A stretch of 57,771 nt of DNA, the filler included, from Platydemus manokwari (Eukaryota), in assembly GCA_037951405.1 (NCBI GenBank). It is 5 parts of 5 records of this genome, joined end to end, with 100 filler letters (N's around TTAATTAATTAA, not from the genome) between each part and the next. Parts side by side here need not be neighbours in the genome. Positions count along the whole stretch, not along the records: positions 14,037 to 25,525 come from JBBMOY010647764.1; positions 25,626 to 36,878 come from JBBMOY010723317.1; 3 more parts are not named here. The stretch is one strand, 5' to 3'. Positions 13,937 to 28,189 of the stretch are shown piece by piece. The notes under the pieces are model-generated. The model had not been told where the DNA came from, made no database searches, and saw only the letters and a list, made by a program, of their open reading frames with translations. The translations under genes and the position numbers were made by a program. Each line of letters starts with the position of its first letter. Within the stretch, counting starts at the first letter, position 1.

Positions 13937-14036
13937 NNNNNNNNNNNNNNNNNNNNNNNNNNNNNNNNNNNNNNNNNNNNTTAATTAATTAANNNNNNNN
14001 NNNNNNNNNNNNNNNNNNNNNNNNNNNNNNNNNNNN
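13937..14036. other. Artificial contig linker
   Basis: N44-TTAATTAATTAA-N44; the 12-mer puts stops in all six frames. Confidence 0.97.
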
Positions 14037-14862
14037 ATATGCTCTATTTTATTCAGGCTGGTTAATCTTTGAACAAATACGTTTATGTATTATCATTACA
14101 CGGATTTAATAAAATATAACAAAACGAAATAATAAAATAAACAAGATAAATCACGGATATAAAATGAAATACTTTATAAAAAGGTCTTATCACTACTCAT
14201 ATAAGAAAATCCAGTTCCAAAAATATGTATTCCTTAACTTTTGATTTTCAGAATTTTTCTAAATATTGCCTATCAATTTTCATTAACCACACCAATAAAA
14301 TTGTATGATACAAGTTTATTTAAGAAAATCAATATTTATTAATATAAAAATATAAATTAATATTCATATATTTTACAATCTGTAAGCAAATATTTGAATC
14401 GATTATATAGAAATCAATGCTAATTAACCTCATACTTGTTAATTTATTTATCAATTCCCACAAAATTGACTAATCAGCTCACTTAAGTTAAAATAAAGAA
14501 ATTCAAAATAGCAATGGCAGCTTAGATAGTTATTTTATTTAATCAATTAGATATTATAAAAATTATAAATATAATCTTCTAGGTGGTGTGTGTATTAGAT
14601 TTTCGAAATTTTGATTATTTATTTTTGTTTATTGCCTTTGCATATATTATGAACTTTATTAGTTTATAACAATAGTTTTTAATTCAAAGTATTTCTTTTA
14701 AAGTTTTGTTTAAACATTACAAATTATATTGAATTAAATATCACTGTAAACATAACTTTTATAATATAGATTTTTAATTTAATTTAATTTAAATCTTAAT
14801 TAAAAAGTTTAATACTTTTTCCAATATTTTAGTTTTAAATTTTAATATTTAGAAATAAGAAA

Positions 14863-17800
14863 ATGGCTTCAAGTGACTTCGTTGAAAATATAATTCAAAC
14901 ATTAAAAGGATTTTGTGTAAATTATAATAACAATTCTACAATTGACGGAGTGGAGCAGCATAAGATTGTTATTGTAGATGAAGATAATATTGACACAGCT
15001 GTATGGTTATTTTAATTCTAAAATCGATGATTAAATCATAATTAGGAAAAGTTGCGTGCTTTTCATTTATTACCAACAGTAGCTTTGACTTTGAAATCGG
15101 AAAACACCAGAAGCAAATTGATTCCAATATTAGAAAGTAACTTTAATAAATATTGGTAAAAATAATTCTACTTGATTTAGCATTGATTACTGTAGCGGTT
15201 GACAATGGAGACGATGAAGCTATAATGGTTATAGCTCAAAAATTGGGTGATTTTGTACCTCTAGTAGGAGGTGGCAATTATGCTGGATGTTTGTTGGTAA
15301 GATGAAATACATAATGATTAATGTTTTTTAAAAATTACTTTCTATAGCCATTATTAGCTAGAATTATTTGTTGCGTTGAAGAAATTGTAGTTGTTCAAGC
15401 AGCATGTGATTCGTTGATAAAAATTATCCCAACTCTAGATTCAAATGTAGTGGATACGAATTGTTTACAACTTGTCCGGAATGTTTTTGCAGGTAATCTT
15501 GCAGTAGAATGTTTGGAATTGTTTCGATTTAATTTTCTAAATTATGATTTTTATGACCTATTTTGAATTATTCACTAACTGCATAGAATAATAATAGATT
15601 GTTTCTAATTAACGCTAAGTACTTTCTCACGATGCATATTTACTTATTCGCTTGATTTTATTTCGCATAGTTTCTGGTTTTAATAACCTTAATCAGACTT
15701 GATAAGTGTTCGTGATTACTTATTAAGACAATCATGGTGTGGGGGTTCCAATAATGTGCATGCGCAATGAGATATGCATGATTCAATTGGTGTTGATTGA
15801 GACTTGAATTTATTGGCATTTATGCATTTGGTGTACAAGATTGTGCAATTATAAATGTAATTCAAATGGCACAATTATTGGAAGCTGTAATAATGACATG
15901 GATTTATTGATGTGTTGGATAAAGAATACTGAATTCAAGCAATGAGATGAGCTGCTATACTTCGTGTTTATTGTCATTCGTGACATAGTTCAACCAATCA
16001 AATTTGAGGTGATTGACGAGGGGCGAGGTGGTTTATTTAACAAATATACACACACGCACATTGGATATTTGTGATGGGTGTGTGTGTGCATCAATGAACT
16101 CACTAAATGGATGAAATGAATTGTTTTGACAATTACTAGTTTAATTTGCAGTATTCATTGTTGATAAGTTATATTAATGCCGTTAGAGGGTGATTTCTAA
16201 ATTTGAGATAATATTGGCTGGTAATAGGTAATCATTATTTATAGTCGACATTCACAGCCATCCAGAAGCGATTATTACTGATGACAATGTCCATCAATTA
16301 GAGGTCTGTCGAATATTATATTTTCAAGTTTGTTACAGTGATGGCTGAGAAATTTATTAATTCGAATAGATCACTTCATATATCGTTTTCTCTCTGAAAT
16401 TTGTCTCGATTTCAATGGCAGTATATTTGGATCTAATTTATCCAAGATCAATTCTGATGTTATAAGATAGTAATTGTCGAATTAATTATCAAATATATGA
16501 TGATCAAGATGCCGCAATATTTCTCATCTATATAAAATGTCACTGTATCAATTAATAACATTTAATATCTTTCATATTTTATTAACAATAAATGATATTA
16601 GGTGGTTATTGTTTTTGTTTTGGATCAATAATTGAAAATCGAATCTCAAATGTGTATCATAAATAACCCATTTTTATTGGCAACATCATTGCGAATCATA
16701 TGACATCTGGTTGATATATTTTCATTTTAAATGATCTAGGTTCAATAATCATTTCAGTTATTGTTTGAAGTATTTTCTAAATGAACTTGATTATGGTCAA
16801 TTCACACAACCAATGATATATCATTATCCTTTGTAATACATTGTTGATGTCTTTAAATATTTAGAAGACCTTTATTGTGCAGCAAGAAAAGCCGGTGTTC
16901 GACTCATTCCAGTTTGTTATAAAATTGCTAGCCTGGAGTCACAGGCTGAACTTAAAAAGTTTTAAAATTTCCTTATCAACGGTTATAATTTATGGTCTTG
17001 GTTTTTCAGTCGGCTTCTGCATTTATGTATGGCTGAAGATGAAATACCCCTTGTCAGGGCAGGTGCAGTTGAACAATTGACTGATCTAAGCATTGCTGCT
17101 GGATCGAGCTTAAAGCCAGAGATGATTAAAACTCTCACAAGGTTTACTTGAGCTATTAAATTTGCAATGAAATACAACCATATTTTCTATAGCTTGGTAT
17201 CGGATAATCAGAGAGTGGTTCGAGCTGCTTGTGTAAAACCGTTGTTGGAATTAGCTAAAAGTGTGGATTCGAATGAGTTTGATACAATTCTGCTACCGTT
17301 GTTAGAGAAATTGAGTGAAGATTCGAACAGGTGAGTGTTAGAAATTATGCACGGATTGTATTTTACTTAATATTTCTAAAGTTTCAATTATAATAATAAA
17401 TAATACTATTAATAATAATAATTGATATTATTAATATAGTAATGTTGAATAATAATAATATAATAATAATTGATATTATTAATATAATAATAATGGATAA
17501 ATTCAAATCTGCTAGGGATACTCGACGTGGTGTGGCAACCGTGATCAGTGAATTTCAAAAAGTGGGACAAAAATTCGACAAATCCCTTCACAATTTGCTC
17601 ATCAAATTAATGGAGGACAACGAAATCGATGCCAGGAAAATCGTTGCAAGCCAATTAAAGGGTTGATTGATTGATTTCTATATTTTTAAACTCAAATCGA
17701 TTTTGCACAGAATTCTGCTCAGCCTGCTCTCATCAAGTGCTCACAGACAGCGTGCTACCAAAAATCAGAGAACATCTTAATCTCGAACGAGAAGATCGAG

Positions 17801-18082
17801 TGAAAGCTGAATTGGTGAAATCTGTGGTAACAATGATCCCCAGTTTTAAAAGAGAAGATTCGTTACCGTTGGTGCAGCACGTGTTATCATTCCTCAATGA
17901 TTCGAATTTACAGGTGATTTATTTCCTCATTTGATTCGGCATTTGATTCGAGATTTTTAACTGTTTCCATTGATCTCTTTATATTTAATTGAGCGTTTCT
18001 ATGATGTACAGCAATGGTCTGTGTAGTGGTAATGATTGTGTGATGAATAGAATTGTTTGTAAATGTGCACATATTTCATGTA

Positions 18083-18119
<37 letters not shown>

Positions 18120-21100
18120 GTCTAAAAAACTAGTTTCTACTCATTGAATAATAAATAATAATAATCACTCTACCATGACTCATTTTCTCTTCCAACTGAA
18201 TCTCGAAACGTGCACATTATAAATCATACAATGGCACTTCTAAAATTATTAGAATCTGTCATTCTATTGGCATATTTTTGAAATACACTTTCAATTGCTG
18301 TGATTGATTGCTGCTGCCGATATCAAGACCAATCGAATAATGTTTCATGAAATAATATCAGTTCTCACACAATCTCATTCTATGAGTTGTTGTGTGCGTG
18401 TTGCATCATCTGAAATCCCCAATCCATATATTGGCACAAAATAGATTTATTATGTAATGAATTATTTCAATGCCTTATTGGTTTCTAAATCTAAACACAG
18501 ATTTGTCTTCAACAAAACCGTGAACCATTTTATCGAACAACTGGTGGAATTTGCACTTTTCGATAATATTTCTCGCATTCTTTATATCAGTTTTTTTACG
18601 TTGAATTTTTTAAATATAATTATTAATATTTTGAATTCATAAAAAAATTATTTTTCAAATTATTTATACATGTTTATATTTATTCAATATAATTATGTGG
18701 TTGCAATATTTCTCATAAAATTTTAATATTGCCATTGCATTATGTCTGATTGAAAACATTTTTCAGATCTAATTGAAAAGCGGCTTTTCGATAAATAATG
18801 GTTTATTTTTATAGAATATTCTCCGATTTCCTATTAATAAATTGTCCAAAAATGTTTATTAAACCTACTCACTACTCGCTAATATCATGATATTGTATAT
18901 CCAATGTAGTTCTGTTTAATGATCCTTAAATTAGATGTTACTAACTGGTTACCATCCGTTCAGATTATTTGAATATTGTTTTTTTGGTAAAATCGAAGAT
19001 AATTTTATGATATTTATGAAACATAATTTTGTCATTTAACGTGACTTTAACAATTTATATCACAATTCAGTTAGGTTTATAATTGAAATTGAATTGTTTT
19101 TCTTGTCACAAGAATTCTCGAAAATTAATCTACGATTGTAATGTCTTTTAATAACATGATCTATGATTCAGTTACAGTTTCTTATTGGTTTTATGTGTGT
19201 CTCACTGTATGTAGTACTTATTGGAAACGGAATGTGCTTTTTGTAAACAAACCCAGTGTTGTATTTACACTTTTTTTTTTGAAAAAAATATTTCAACATT
19301 GAATATTTATATGTATAACGAATATATTCTATTAATTTTATTTTAACCTCACTTAATCTAATAAAAATATCTTTGAACTCAAATACCAACAAAATGATCG
19401 AATTAACAATATTTATTCGACCAGTCGTTAATAAAATTGGTTGGATTCTAATAAATGACATTAAATTCAATTTACGATTATCCAAGTGGAAATGAATGAA
19501 ATATTATGTATTGTGTGTGCTTTGAAATTTGAAATTTACACAATGGTTTTAGTTGTCATGAATAATATTATTAAATATTTTGATTTTTTATATCATTCAT
19601 TTAATCTCAGACGAAGCAATATGTCTTTGAACACTTTCAAGGATTGATCGGGCTCATTTCACCAAGCGAATTGCAGCTTACAATTTTGCCAAGTCTTTTC
19701 AAACTATTCACGGATAAAAATTGGAGAATTAGATCGGGTGTTGTAACATCTCTAATGCTAATTGTACCACTAGTGGTTGGTTTAATCTATTTGTTAATTA
19801 ATTCATCAATTTTTACTATTAAATTTCTGAATTATAATTTCAACATAATATATTAATAACATATTAATACTATTATTATTATTGATTTCATCATAATTAA
19901 TAATATTATTTGTTATTATTAACACGTTGACGGACACTTGCGTCTATAACCGTCAAAGCGAAATTCACTATGCGCCATGCCGGCAATAGCCGTCTAAAAC
20001 GAAACGGTCTTTTTTGTTTTCTACTTATTACACGACTTGCAGCTTAGGTACGCACATATAGTGTTAAATTTCGAACTTCATTTGTTCCTACTGTCCGTCA
20101 ATGTGTTAATTAAGCAATATCATTTTCATTCTGATCATTGTCATTTATATTAATTTTTTTATTTATTGATTATTTTATAAGTTTTGTTTTTATGGATAAT
20201 TTTAATTTGGAAATTGTCGTGAGTTGTATTTCTTGATAAAACATTTATGTGGTGAGGATGATTTTTGTTGAAAGCATTTTATTTGATAGAATGCCAATTT
20301 TTCTTTATTGAAAATGAAAAAAAGCAATAGTGTAATAAAAATTAGACCATAAATTTCAGAAAACAATGAAGATAGTTAATGAAATCATACATTCAATATT
20401 CTCTAAAGACAATTTAGTAATTCATCATTATGGTAACATGAGTGACGTAATGATAGTGCAAATATTTGTATCGTGTCTTTCTAAAACAGACAGAATTGAC
20501 CCGTTAATGAAATCATCACTCAATCTTTATTGATACTTGGCATAATATATCATCGAATAAATATTTATTCCTTCTTATTATTTATATCTAAATGACACCA
20601 TTCAAGCTTGTTCTGCAATTAGGAAATTATCTATTTAGTTTTATTCATTGTTTCATAGTAAATGATAATTCAAGATATTCATCTACAAAATGAAATTATT
20701 CACAAGTATTTAAGCCGTGTTATTTAAACATAAAGTGCAACTGAATTCCAATACATTGATAAATATTATTAAATAATATTCCTTATTCACAGATTTCAAG
20801 TCAAGATAATTTGGGTTTACGGTAAAGTTGTCAGTTTCCGAATGTTATGATAATTTTTAGAAACTATTGATAGTCTTCGGTGAAATGGTTAATACATAAA
20901 TTATTAACATATGCTTTAGATTATTTTACTTTTAAATGTCAATGACTTGATGATTTTTATGTCAATTTTCTTTCATCCAATTTTATTTTGATATAACACA
21001 TATCAGGTCGTTTCTAAATAGTTGAATTTTCGACTAAAATGAAAATTTTCTTGCTAAAACCGAAAATAAACGATATCTAACCTAGTTACAAATAATATAT

Positions 21101-22929
21101 TGATGCAATTTTGTTCTATGTTGCATTTATCAATCTGTGAAAATCACTCAAGTATTGTGTTTATTTGTTCCTTAGCAATTTGTAATATTTCTCTCCGTTC
21201 ACGAGACCAATGCATTGACATATTTATTCTTTTGAGTTGTGTAAACCATAATTAAAGTTATTTTATTAATAGGACGAGGCATGTTGCAGGGATAATTTAA
21301 TGCCCACAGCTCTTTCATGGCTCCGGGATCCTGTTTGGAATATTCGTCAGGGAACGTGTGAAATCATTGGAGCAATATCTGGCCGATTTCCGGCCCTTTT
21401 GGCTGACAAACTCATCAAGGCACCTATTTTGAAGGACTTATATGAAGATGTAAATTATCATTTCAGACAATGTTGGTGCTTTTTGATTGAGGTAGGGTGA
21501 TGTTTGGTTTTTTTTTTATCAAATGAAATTATTGCCACAATGATAATTAGGCAATTTGCAAATCACAACCCAAGGATTCTAAAAGTGATTTACTCACCAA
21601 CTTTCTCACAAACAATATCAACGATCTACTGTTGTCCATGATAGAGAAAGATCCAGTGCCTAATGTACAAATATCGGCAATTCGAAGCATAAAATTACTT
21701 GTAAATTATTTAGATAAAAAGTACATTAAAAATATTTAACCACATAATCGAATTATGTTTTATATTACCTGTTAAGTTATGTTAGCAAACAATTGGTTCC
21801 AGTACTGAAGAAACTTAGCACATCTTCATTAGATATCGATGTTCGTGACTTTTCAGAAATTGCTCTCAAGGGTATGTGTGAAGAATTTGTTTCGATGAAA
21901 GAAAAGTTTTTTTTCATCGAAAATTAAATCATAATATATTTTATATAATTATTTATGATAAAATTATTAAAAAAAATATAGAAAATTGTCTGAATAATAA
22001 TAATAATAATAATTGAAATTTGAAATAGAAGATTAACGATAAAATAACAATTTAGTAAAATATGAAATGAAATAATAATAAAATAACGCAAGAGATTATG
22101 ACGAATAAAAATATATTAGATAATAATAACGATAGATATCAATTATATATATAATTATCCAATCATTATTTATCTTTCAGCTGTCTTGTTGACACTGACA
22201 CGAATGATGGTTTGATAAATAAATTTATTTTCACTGACAAAATAAAAAATGAATGATGTTATTAGCTATTTATTATACAGGGTGGCTCAAAAGTTGGCTT
22301 ACAGACTATTCATTTCAAAATTCGACACTAGTTCATTATATCTGTTAACATAAACAATTTAATCTCTCATATGCTCAAAATATCCGCCTTCAACATTGCA
22401 ACATTCTTCAAATCTCTCCAGGACATTATGACACACACACACACTTTAGTAACTGTAAACTTACTTTTGGACCACCTTGTATATAACGATAAATACAATA
22501 TCATGTAGCTATTGTTTTAAATATTGATGATGTTTATCGGAAAAATTTGTGACCGGTGGAAGTTATAACTGAAAACTGGGAAGTTCAACAAAATATGATG
22601 TGTAGAAATTTGAATTGTTTGCTATCACCAGTATCTAGCACGAATAGATATAGGATTGAATGACAGTCTAGTTGATACAATTTACCTATTTCAAGGCATT
22701 TCACCTAAAAATAAATAACAAGATCAATTTCATATGGTATTTATTTCATATCAATTCAATAAATCGCATTTGGAATGATTCTCCAATAAATAATTAATAA
22801 TTTTGAATACTGATTCCAGGTCTTTTGGCTATTTATACTAAAAAGTGTATCTATTTTGACTGTTGAGTTATTATTATTATTTTATTTAAATTATTTTTTA
22901 TATTTTTAGACATAGAATTGAACGAGTGA
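14863..22929 (+). CDS. Divergent PP2A 65-kDa scaffold (A) subunit homologue, HEAT repeats, 14 coding exons, ~623-628 aa
   Basis: GT-AG exons that splice in frame: 14863-15000, 15046-15136, 15181-15296, 15348-15492, 16865-16958, 17010-17141, 17193-17330, 17516-17661, 17711-17913, 19611-19775, 21273-21491, 21551-21720, 21777-21871, then 22181-22215 or 22910-22929. Motifs TVALTLKSENTRSKLIP, DEAIMVIAQKLGDFVPLVGG, VEEIVV, DKNWRIR, WLRDPVWNIR, DVNYHFR, DPVPNV, DIDVR are collinear with PPP2R1A. Confidence 0.88.
18085..18114. repeat. (TA)15 microsatellite in PP2A-A intron 9
   Basis: Perfect TA run. Confidence 0.95.
19923..20105. mobile_element. piggyBac-type MITE (183 bp) in PP2A-A intron 10
   Basis: 14-bp TIRs CACGTTGACGGACA / TGTCCGTCAATGTG (one mismatch), flanked by TTAA on both sides (19919-19922, 20106-20109). 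Confidence 0.88.
22278..22479 (-). mobile_element. Tc1/mariner internal-deletion derivative (202 bp)
   Basis: 27-bp imperfect TIRs (CAGGGTGGCTCAAAAGTTGGCTTACAG vs reverse complement CAAGGTGGTCCAAAAGTAAGTTTACAG) with TA on both sides. The minus strand retains a transposase-like C-terminus LERFEECCNVEGGYFEHMRD*. Confidence 0.85.
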
Positions 22930-25525
22930 TTCCCAGATGCAAGTCGATCACTCTATCATCATCTGGAAATACTCATTTTCCAATAATGTTAGAATAATAA
23001 TATTAATATTAATAGCGAGTCAGCACACACATTAGTACCAATTGACCTCTGTATATTATCAATATATACCATTATCAATGACTATTGTTATCAATTTCGA
23101 TTCATTTATACACTTGTAATGTTGCGTTCTATTTTTATTTGGAATAATCTAATGAATATGTGATCATGATCGTGTGCGTGTAATGCTTGAGTGTGTTTTA
23201 TTCATGTTATCTTTGTTGATCGCGATCATGAGTGCTTAGTGCATGCATCTATTTATGTCAACTGAATGTCTCAAGGATGGATCCTGTTTTAATGTATATC
23301 TATATAGGTCAATTAAGACGATGTGGTGTCTGTGATAATTGAATAGTTTCTTTTGTCAACCATGTGATTGGTGATTATACTTGTTTTTATAAAGTAGTGT
23401 TCTATAATCTCATCAATTAGTCGAAAGATGCATAGAAATATTTTTTCATTTGGTTTACAGTTTCGCCCGGTGAAAATGGTGAAAGGGTTTTATGCACTTT
23501 CAAAATTGTGAATTTAATTTTACATTAAATTGGTTAGCAATTTAGTGTGTTCAGTGAAAATTTTACGTTTGAAAAATTTGCATTATTTGTTTAGAATTTG
23601 AAATATTTTTGTCTAAAATCCCCATTTAATTTCCATTAATCGAATCATATTAATAGATTTGCAACCATCACTTGGACAATTTATGAATACTGTTGGGTTT
23701 ACTGGTTCATTGTTTTTTAGTTCGATGTAACCTAAATCAAAGCACATTTAGAATAATGTGATAACTAGTTGAGTATTAAACCGAATAATATTTCGAACTC
23801 TATTGTTTTTATTAATAATAATTAGTACACGTGACTCCAAAAGGTGTATGCTGAACTAATATTATAAGATAATTTTATAGATTAAGAATAAAATAAATAT
23901 AAATTCTAATACAATGTAATTGTTTAATTACGAAACAATAAGATTGAATTACAAAATAAGCAAATAATAATACCCTACAAATAGATTAATATTAAAGCAA
24001 ATAACCAGGGAGTTGGATAATCCGCTTATTTGTTTTTGCTTTATTATTTGGTTTAATCTTGGCACCGTAACCATTACTATATGATTATGGTAGGTTTTAA
24101 TAAATTTAAAAAGTGAATTTTGTTTCTAGGTGAACTGGGTTCAGACTATAAATTAATGTTCAAAATCGAGGTAAAAGTATTGAATTTTTAAAAATTGTTA
24201 AAAAGAATAAAATATTGTTCACTGGTTAAGTTGATTGTATATTGTTACAATAACGATTTTTTCTGATTAAGATATGGATTTAATATTGATTCGATTGATT
24301 GTATATAAATACAATAACAATAATTTCTGTTTGAAATCTCGTTATAGTTTTCTCGAGCTTGGTCTATTTCTGACTAATTTATAGTTCATTATTTATTTCT
24401 TTCAATTGCTCGAACTGTATTCTTGCAAATTTTTGTGTATATCAATTATCATCATTATTGTTATTAGGTTATACTCAACAATTCAATTTTGAATAAAACG
24501 TGAACCCACCCAGTTTTTCCATCTTAATTAGAATTGAAATTCAAAGCTGCATTTTTTATCAATTTTTATAATTGATACGCATAACATTTTGTGAAGTTTT
24601 CCAAAAAATTAACGCGCTTTGTTTCAAATGAAAGCGAAACAATAAGGATTAGTTTAATGTTTGTTTAGAGGATTTGTCGTGTATTTTAAAGCCAAAATGA
24701 TTTTAAAAAATTAGCAAAAAAATTATTGAAAAAAGGAAGAAATTAAATTAAAAATTCATTGTATTTATTATATATTTTAGACTAATAATAATAATAGTCA
24801 CAAGGCGGTCTAAATATTATTATTTCCAACTTTAACTATCTGGTTGTGTGATAAACTACGTGATAAAGTAAGAAAATTTATAAAACAAGCATGTATTTAC
24901 CTCGTTATACAATTAAGTTAGAATAAATTAAGGATTATTTTCAGATTACTAGAACGTTATTGATTTATTTTCTAAGCTGTATGGAATATGTTTTTATCAT
25001 TTTTTTTAACGAAAATGTTTAAAAGAAACATTTACTTTATTCAATTTTAAATGAAATATGTTTTATTGTCGCCTAATTTTTATATCTTGGAGAACCTAGT
25101 CAAATATAATTAAATAAGATATATAATAACATTAAATTATTGAATGTATACCTAAAATATCGACTAAAATTTTGTTTGAATCAAGTCTCCCTCGTGAAAC
25201 TTTGATTTGTTACGAGTCACTTGGAATGCGTAATTTTAATACATTAAAATTAAAATTAAACGCTGCTTTGCTTTTGGACTTACTTAATTTTATATTAGAC
25301 TATTACCAAGGTCTTAAAAACGAGTATGCTCAGCGAGATGACGGGCTTAATAATGCCCCCAATCCCAGGAGGCACTCAGATAATCGATTTTCTGAAAAAC
25401 CTAAATTTTATTCTGGGGGAAAATCTAAACTTACCAAACTTTTCCGGGCAGGCTAAGCAATCGCGAAGGTTGTACAGGAAAAAGAGTTTTCCGACAAGGA
25501 TGACAGGTTCTATACCTCCAGTCCC

Positions 25526-25625
25526 NNNNNNNNNNNNNNNNNNNNNNNNNNNNNNNNNNNNNNNNNNNNTTAATTAATTAANNNNNNNNNNNNNNNNNNN
25601 NNNNNNNNNNNNNNNNNNNNNNNNN
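25526..25625. other. Artificial contig linker
   Basis: N44-TTAATTAATTAA-N44. Confidence 0.97.
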
Positions 25626-28189
25626 TCTGTTGGAAATAATCGTTATTTTATTATTAGTCTTTAGTTATGTATTATCGTGATCATATAACACCAAAACATC
25701 GTTTTTGTTTAATTTTTCTATAAAACCCAAACCAAATTATTAATAGAGTTCATTATTAAAAACAAAGTTCAAAATTTCTGTGGCAATCAAGGCACAATTG
25801 GTGTTTTTACATTTAGTTTAGATGTGCCATTTTGTGTTTTAATCCGCATATAGTTTCACAAATACATTTACATTTATATAAAATTAGGATTGATCGAAAA
25901 GCATTGTCTAGTCTAGTGTTGTTAATATACTACTATAATGATAGACCAATCAAACTAACCCACAAAATCGTAAATGTTTCCCAACTCACCTTAAGATCTT
26001 CGACATTTACTCTATGATCAAGTATTTAAGTAATCTCATAAAATCCTACGAAATTTAGCATCTTGTTATTTAAAATGATCTAAGCAAGGAAATAGATTTT
26101 ATGGTTACAGAGATCTCAGCAAAATATTCAAAGAACTCAAATAAAAATATATGCCACACATAAAAGATTATCCGTCCTGACGAAAATTTGTCAAAGCTCC
26201 ATGAACTGGCTGTAATAACACCCAACTCTATTGATGATTAGTAAAGCTAATACTTTATCATTTCCATTTCCAAGAATTAAAAATTAATCATTAAATAAGT
26301 GAAATCTACTTTTCATAAAGATTCTGATCGATAACAATTCAAAAATAAGTGTGATAAATAAATCTTGTTGTGCAGTTTTCCCAATTGATTGTGATTTTTA
26401 TTGAACATGAGATAAGTGCAATCTAAATTTCAATTTATGAATGTTCTCCACAGAAATTCATGCACGAAACATCATATTATATTATGTATATTTTATTATT
26501 GATTTATACGTGGTATCTATACTTGGTTTTTATTATCTATTTTGATTTGTTAATTAAATTTTAACAACATAAAAAGACATTTTGAGTAATATTTTATACT
26601 TTATGAAAGTGGAATAAAATAAAAAGTTTTGATCAATATGTTAGAATGTATATCAACACTGAATGCTTAAAATTATAAAATAACAGTTTGTACAAACTCA
26701 ATAAAATCGTAAATCAAAGGTAGTCTGAAAAATGAAGATTCGAAAAGTCAAACGTCAAATCACAATGGAAACAGTTAAATCAATATTAAAAGTTACAGAC
26801 CATAAAAGACTGGCAGTTGCCCTCGAGATTCAACATCTTTTAAAGACTTATTTTATGTGTTGAACTGTTGTGTTGTAGCTTTGCTTTTCACTCAGCCTAT
26901 TCTATCTTTCAAAGGGGCGAATCTCGATGTTCGTTACCTGTTGTTGGTGTGCGACAATTGACAATTGAATTTAATTTATGGGTTGATTTTTTGGAGGTAG
27001 ATGATTGGCTACTAACCCAGGTGATCATCTACTTTTGTGTGCCAACCGGATTCCTGTCACATTGGGTTGTAATTAACAAAATGACTCCATATAACCAGAA
27101 ACATGAATTGTCTAGTGAAGATGTATAAATTAGTTTTAATAATAAGTGATGCTTAAAGATATTTATTTTTTAAAATAATTGTAGTTAAAGATATAATTTT
27201 GTGTCGTGACTTTCCAGTCGTTTTTAAAGCGTGTTTTATAAAATAATTGCGGCTTACTTAAAACTTTAGGAATTCCTACATGTTAGAATCGCTGATAAAA
27301 TATTTTAAAAACTTAAACACCATTCGTGAAACAATAACAAAAATCATTTCTTTACTATCTTATAGCTTAATTGTATAGAAAAGAGAATATTAGCAATTGT
27401 CCATAGACAGAAAGATTCTTCGGTTGTTAATAAAAACGATATCAATTAATAGAAAATAAATGCTTCTAGTCCACACATTTATTTTAATAAATATCTCTGC
27501 GTGGTTAATGAATAGAGCATTAAATCTGAGAGCAGTACATGTGGTACATGTAGATTAAATAGGAAATCGAAACTATAAACATCTCTAATAATTAACATTG
27601 GATTGATTATTCGAACAATAAACGGACGAAAATATACATAATCAGATAAGTCTACTTTCATCAATTGCACATTTTCAAATAAAAACCTCAAGTTATAAAT
27701 TTTAAATTTAAAACCCATTAAATGTTTTTCTGAGAAAACGGTTTGGGATAAAATCTATTAAATTCCATCTCAACAAATATCTTCGTAAATATCTTCTAAC
27801 TAATATTTTTCTCCACTGTTATAGTAAATTATTTTTGAAATAGATAATAACCAAATTACTACTGATTACTACTACTCAGTTATGAGGAGTGTTGGTTTTT
27901 GTCAATTTTCAAAAATCAGTCGACAAAGATTTTTCAATATGTCTTACACCATCATCTTAATTAAGTAAATGTAATCTCATTTGTATAAGTGGTGTCAAGT
28001 ATATAAAAAATAAACTTTTAAAAATAATTAAAAATTGTGAATAAATATTCTATGAAAGATTCTAAAAGAAAATCATTAATAATTTAGTTAAATCAATATA
28101 TAAAAATTAATAGAATATTCTAGAACAATTTAATTTAATATTGTGGGTGATGACATTATGAAAAGCGTCCATCCTTGGCAAAATCTATT

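Noticed and set aside
13399-14863. Apparent divergent promoter shared by innexin and PP2A-A
   Set aside because: An artificial linker lies between them.
17390-17500. ORFs rich in N/I/Y
   Set aside because: Translation of an (AAT)n-rich duplicated intron segment of the PP2A-A gene.
25172-25577. Overlapping 94-aa and 83-aa ORFs at a contig end
   Set aside because: A GC-richer fragment truncated by the linker; no recognisable domain.
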